Assembly: GCF_964355755.1 (NCBI RefSeq)
Contig: NC_092674.1
Location: forward strand, 19,778,001-19,842,000
DNA length: 64,000 bases
Reading direction: 5' to 3'
Origin: Antedon mediterranea
Lineage: Eukaryota; Animalia; Echinodermata
Below are positions 59,241-64,000 of the stretch, piece by piece. How positions within the stretch are numbered: the first letter of the stretch is position 1; each line of letters begins with the position of its first letter. Position numbers and translations under genes: made by a program. The notes under the pieces were generated by a model. That model had not been told where the DNA came from. It did not search any database and saw only the letters and a program-made list of their open reading frames with translations.

Positions 59241-60152
59241 AACATAAAAACATGTTTTTAAAAAAAATGTATTTATAACAGTATGTACTATGAAAGAGTT
59301 AAAAACGATATCAAATCTTTTTAAAACATAACATAATTAGTTATATTGGCACATACCTTCTTATAAAATTTGGCCAACGTGTTCATGCGTTGTTTTTTTT
59401 TTGTCTATATTTCTTTCTTTCTTTCTTTTCATCTTTCTGTTTTATAGGTAAAATAAGATAATAATAATAATTTAGGTATTCAATAATAATAATGAAAAAA
59501 ATGATATATTCAGTTTTAGTATTGATAAGCAAGAGCATGTTGGATGAGTCGTTTAGTCATATCATGAGATTCAGAAGGATTAAAATTGATATAGCTGTAA
59601 GTCATCAGCAAAGGTGTTAGTGTAAATTGTTTTCTTTAATAATTTCAGTGAGAGAGAAAGATACAGAGAAACAAGGCCATATACATGGCTGCAGTCGCAT
59701 GCTCAAGTTAGGGTTTACCAACCAACCAACCAACCGACCGACATAGTTAGATAAAAAGCAAGGGCCATAGGATACATCCCTGTGAACTCTGCATTCTAAG
59801 TTCTTAGTAGCTGATCTATTATCAATGATTTCTACGCACTAATAAGATCGAAACCAATTTAAAGCACTATCAGACAGTCGATATTAATCTGGGTGTTCGG
59901 AGTAGTTTGGCACAAAAAAATATTCCAATACACCCAGTAGTTACCAAAGTCTTAACTTTGACCATATTGACCCTCTGGCCCTGTACTGACCAAGCATTCC
60001 AATTATTTTCAGCCAACAGCAAAAAATTGATTTGTATTGATATAAGGAAGCAAACAAAAACATTGTTGGCATAGTTTGCTAGAGGGTGCAGGTACGGTAA
60101 CCCTTTTCTGGCTCCCAAACTAGTCAGATTTAATCCCATACATTGGGGGTGC

Positions 60153-60995
60153 CATTTACTTGAGCAGAATGAGCACTGAGCTGAGCTTGTGTGCCTTGCA
60201 TGAAATCATAGTGCATGCAAGTAGGAAAACAAGTAACATTACTTGAGCAGAATGAGCACTGAGCTTGTGTCCCTTGCATGAAATCATAGTGCAAGTAGGT
60301 AAACAAGTAACATTTACTTGAGCAGAATGAGCACTGACTTTGTTTGCCTTGCATGAAATCATAGTAGTGCTGCATGTAGGTAAACAAGTAACATTTACTT
60401 GAGCAGAATGAGCACTGAGCTTGTGTCCCTTGCATGAAATCATAGTCCAAGTAGGAAAACAAATAACATTACTTGAGCAGAATGAGCACTGACCTTGTTT
60501 GCCTTGCATGAAATCTTAGTGCATGTAGGTAAACAAGTAACATTTACTTGAGCAGAATGAGCACTGAGCTTGTGTCCCTTGCATGAAATCATAGTCCAAG
60601 TAGGAAAACAAATAACAGTACTTGAGCAGAATGAGCACTGACCTTGTTTGCCTTGCATGAAATCATAGTGCAAGTAGGTAAACAAGTAACATTTACTTGA
60701 GCAGAATGAGCACTGAGCTTGTTTGCCTTGCATAAAATAGTGCAAGTAGGTAAACATGTAGGCCTACCATTTACTTGAGCAGAATGAGCACTGAGCTTGT
60801 GTGCCTTGCGTGAAATCATAGTGCAAGTAGGTAAACAAGTAACATTTACTTGAGCAGAATGAGCACTGAGCTTGTACTGTGCCTTGCATGAAATCATAGT
60901 GCAAGTAGGTAAACAAGTAACATTTACTTGAGCAGAATGAGCACTGAGCTTGTACTGTGCCTTGCATGAAATCATAGTGCAAGTAGGTAAACAAA
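60153..60995. repeat. 75-bp minisatellite, about 11 units
   Basis: Unit CATTTACTTGAGCAGAATGAGCACTGAGCTTGTGTCCCTTGCATGAAATCATAGTGCAAGTAGGTAAACAAGTAA, with alternating variants. Confidence 0.95.
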
Positions 60996-62018
60996 TTAAT
61001 AATAATTACACACTTCCGTTAATTGTGTTTTTCAAACTGTTATGTAATTCAATTCAATCCAACTTTAGCTGGTTTCTTTGTAGTAATTTTCTTACTGGAA
61101 TAACCTAGAATGAAATTACCACATCCTACTTTCTCTGCAACCGAATTAAATCTGAATCTTTGATCATTAATCCCCATGATCATAAATACATTACTGTATT
61201 GAATAAAGAAGTCATAAAACATTATTATTTTAAGCATCTAAAAAATTGATGACGTCAACAAATGACGTATGGTATGATGAGCATTTAGAATCAGCTCCCA
61301 ATATTGTGTAAAGCTCTGCTCTGTCTCTACACTATCAAACTAAATCAAATATCTATTATGCTTAGTGATCATATTAAAGAAGCATGTAATTATCATCTCC
61401 CTGAAATTGTTATACTGTAATTAGTGTTATGAATGATATATTAGTGATCCTAACAGAATCAGCGTCATTCTTTTCACGTGTTTTGGATTATTGTGCTTGA
61501 GTTGTTCTACGTCATTATATTGGTCATGAATTATTTTACTGCGGTTTAGTAGTATTACGTCATTCGTCAGAGCAGCAGCAGCTAACTGCAGTACAGTGTG
61601 TGTAGGCCTAGCCTATAGGCCTAGCGAGGAATATTTTAGTTTTCGCAAGTAAAGTCACGGTAGGCCTACTACAAATTAATTAATCTATAGTGTACTGTGT
61701 AAACATGGAGTTTTAATTGGATTGTTATACCTCCCTGGTATGGTGTAGGCCTAACGCCTTTCCTTTTTTCTTTGGTGTAGCCTAGCTAGCTAGCTAGGCC
61801 TAGGCCTAGCCTACTAGATAGAGGAGGCCTAGGTAGCCTAGCTAGGCCTAGTTCCTTTTCACAGAAGGTGTCAGATGAAATCGGTCGCGATCAAATCAAC
61901 ATCCGGTATTTTGTATGGAGCGCTGCTAGATACTACTACACCGGCAGCCCAGAGAAAATTTAGGTAACTTATTAGATGAACTAGGTACCAATATCTGACT
62001 ATTTAAGTGTGTTGGGGG

Positions 62019-63068
62019 ATGTGTGTGACCGAAACGGCCGCCGACTGAAACGGCCGCCAACATTTTCTATATGGGACGCCAATACCGCTAAACTGCTTCA
62101 ACAAGCCAATGCAGTATTATAAACGTTATGTCTAAAGATACGGTACCGTATCCATACTTTTAAAAACTAAAGGTACGGTAATTATAGAGGGCGCTATGTA
62201 ATTTGGATGTTAATCAAATAGGTTATTGCATTGGTTTTCTGCAAGCCAGCTGTGTAGCCTAGTGGGCATGTGGTGAGGCTTTGGCTTAAGGGGTTGTAGG
62301 TTCGATACTCTTCTTGACGTCTTTTTTTTATTTTTTTTTTTAGTTTTAAATTTAAGAGAGATTATTTAGAGAGTTAGGTTTTTAATATTTAGGAAGGAGT
62401 TTAATATTTAGGAAGGAGTTTTATATTTAGGAACGAGTTTTATATTTAGGTACGAGTTTTAGGAATGCAATTTTACCGTACTTTTAGCAAACGGAAGCGC
62501 CCTCTATAATTACCGTATCTTTAGTTTTTAAAAGCATGGATACGGTACCGTATCTTTAGCAACGGCGTATTATAAACGTACAGTAAAACCTATGAAACCA
62601 CGATGGAGGGACAAATAAATGAAACCAACCAATAGGCCTAGCCTATATGTTTAAGAATAATCAAAGAATAAACATATTTTTTGGTTAAGTTTTTATTAAA
62701 ATAATGTTTATTATAATAATTCACCATTCTAAATTTATTTAACGTATTCAAACAAATAGGTCTAGGCCTACTCTTATATCAATTATTGAAGTTGAAATAG
62801 GCAAAACAGTCGGCGGCCGTTTTTAATAATATATTTAATGTAATGTAAAATAAAAATAATGATAATTAAAAACATCTATCTGTTAATATTTATTAAGTCA
62901 CATACGTCTAAAGTCATTTCAATCGGAAAAAAAAGTAAAACAATTGTATTAAACCCCACGTCGTTTTGATTACACGTTGTATGATAAACGGCACACGCGG
63001 CGTTTCATACATTCAATTGTGTTTTAATTGGCGGCCGTTTCATTCGGCGGCCGTTTCGGCTGTAAACC
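62019..63068. mobile_element. MITE with GAAACGGCCGCC subterminal repeats, containing a nested element
   Basis: 62029-62060 is the reverse complement of 63028-63059; TTGGGGG flanks both sides; exact ends uncertain. Confidence 0.65.
62124..62566. mobile_element. Nested inverted-repeat element carrying a tRNA-derived module
   Basis: 64-bp arms 62132-62195 and 62496-62559; direct repeat GTATTATAAACGT at 62114-62126 and 62567-62579. Confidence 0.75.
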
Positions 63069-63105
63069 TTGGGGGTCACTGAAAGCATGCTTGAAGTCAA
63101 TGTAG

Positions 63106-63791
63106 TGCACTTGTCAATTGTATGACCCACTATACGACCCCCGGGAGAGGTGCGTCATTTGTCCGATGTGCGTCATACTTTTGAATACCAAGACGCACCT
63201 GTGCGTCAAAAAGGTGACTTACCTTAAAGCCAATTTTCCACTAGGCGAATTTGTTCGCGCGAATCGAAAGCGCCAGCTTGTACGCATGTGTATCAGGGAA
63301 TAATTTCGCCAGTGTAGCATAGCAAAAAGCTATACAAAACAACCTTATTGCTACACATTTCTAAAATTGTATAGCAAAAAAGACAATACAAAACTATGTT
63401 TCTCGACTAAAAAATCAGTTTGATTAGCAATAATTGCTAAACAAAATTTTAAAATGAAATTTTTCCCTGTGTATTCATGTTTACATCTTCCAAATCCTAC
63501 TCTACGCATGCGTATTAGCTGACGCCTTCGATTCGCGCGAACAAATTCGCCTAGTGGAAAATCGGCTTTAGGTGACCATGACGCACCCATTTTGACGCAC
63601 TGTGACCATGTTGTTTATGATCAGATATGGTGGGTGGTAAAGTGACGGATATTGACACACCTTGTTCATTGATGTGACGTACTTTCTAGGTTTTTTGACG
63701 CACCCCAGCGTCAGTAATTATTTGTAAATGACGCACCCATGACGCACCTCTCCCGGGGGTCGTATAGTGGGTCATACAATTGACAAGTGCA
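63106..63791. mobile_element. MITE with 53-bp TIRs (Harbinger-like)
   Basis: TGCACTTGTCAATTGTATGACCCACTATACGACCCCCGGGAGAGGTGCGTCAT and its reverse complement at 63739-63791; another left end begins at about 63903. Confidence 0.8.
63228..63567. mobile_element. Harbinger-type MITE nested in 63106-63791
   Basis: TAA|AGCCAATTTTCCACTAGGCGAATTTGTTCGCGCGAATCGAA versus its reverse complement ending GGCT|TTA. Confidence 0.8.
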
Positions 63792-64000
63792 TAAATGGGA
63801 GTCTGCCGGAAATCCCCTACTGCATCTAGACCGGGGGTCCCCGAAAAGCTGCTAAAAAATCTGCACCAATTAGCCTAGATAGAGAGAGATACCACCTAAT
63901 ACACTTGTCAATTGTATGACCCACTATATGACCCCCGAACGAGGTGTGTCAATGTCCGTCACTTTACCACCCACCATCATAAACAACATGGTAACAGTAC

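Noticed and set aside
60130-60994. Cys-rich repeat ORFs (QCSFCSSKC) resembling zinc-finger or metallothionein proteins
   Set aside because: Translations of a 75-bp minisatellite with frequent frame-changing indels; no domain spacing or splice context.

Overview
AT-rich, intron-containing animal genomic DNA; a marine invertebrate such as an echinoderm is plausible but is inference. The window holds two tandem + strand paralogs of an SLC17/sialin-like MFS anion transporter. Copy A (CDS 2865-14000) has 10 exons with canonical splice sites and gives 495 aa by my exon assembly. Copy B (35363-57973) has open exons, but its exon-3 donor is deleted and its intron 2 is expanded to about 18 kb. The rest is mostly mobile or repetitive DNA: a decayed Tx1/L1 LINE with a TSD, a decayed RTE LINE, a near full-length CR1 LINE with a PHD ORF1, Helentron-type non-autonomous elements (HINE/DINE-1-like), several MITE families, and 28-, 56- and 75-bp tandem arrays. 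Main leads: (1) TAGGCCTA, TACAGTA and TACTGTA micro-insertions that look like transposon excision footprints, shown by filled versus empty homologous sites; (2) tRNA-derived Pol III promoter modules inside several unrelated repeat elements; (3) a 28-bp satellite with one frame open for 1252 codons while about 31 stops fall in the other two frames; (4) the rearranged, possibly composite copy B; (5) hammerhead- and HDV-like RNA candidates. All coordinates and counts were read by hand and may be off by a few bases.
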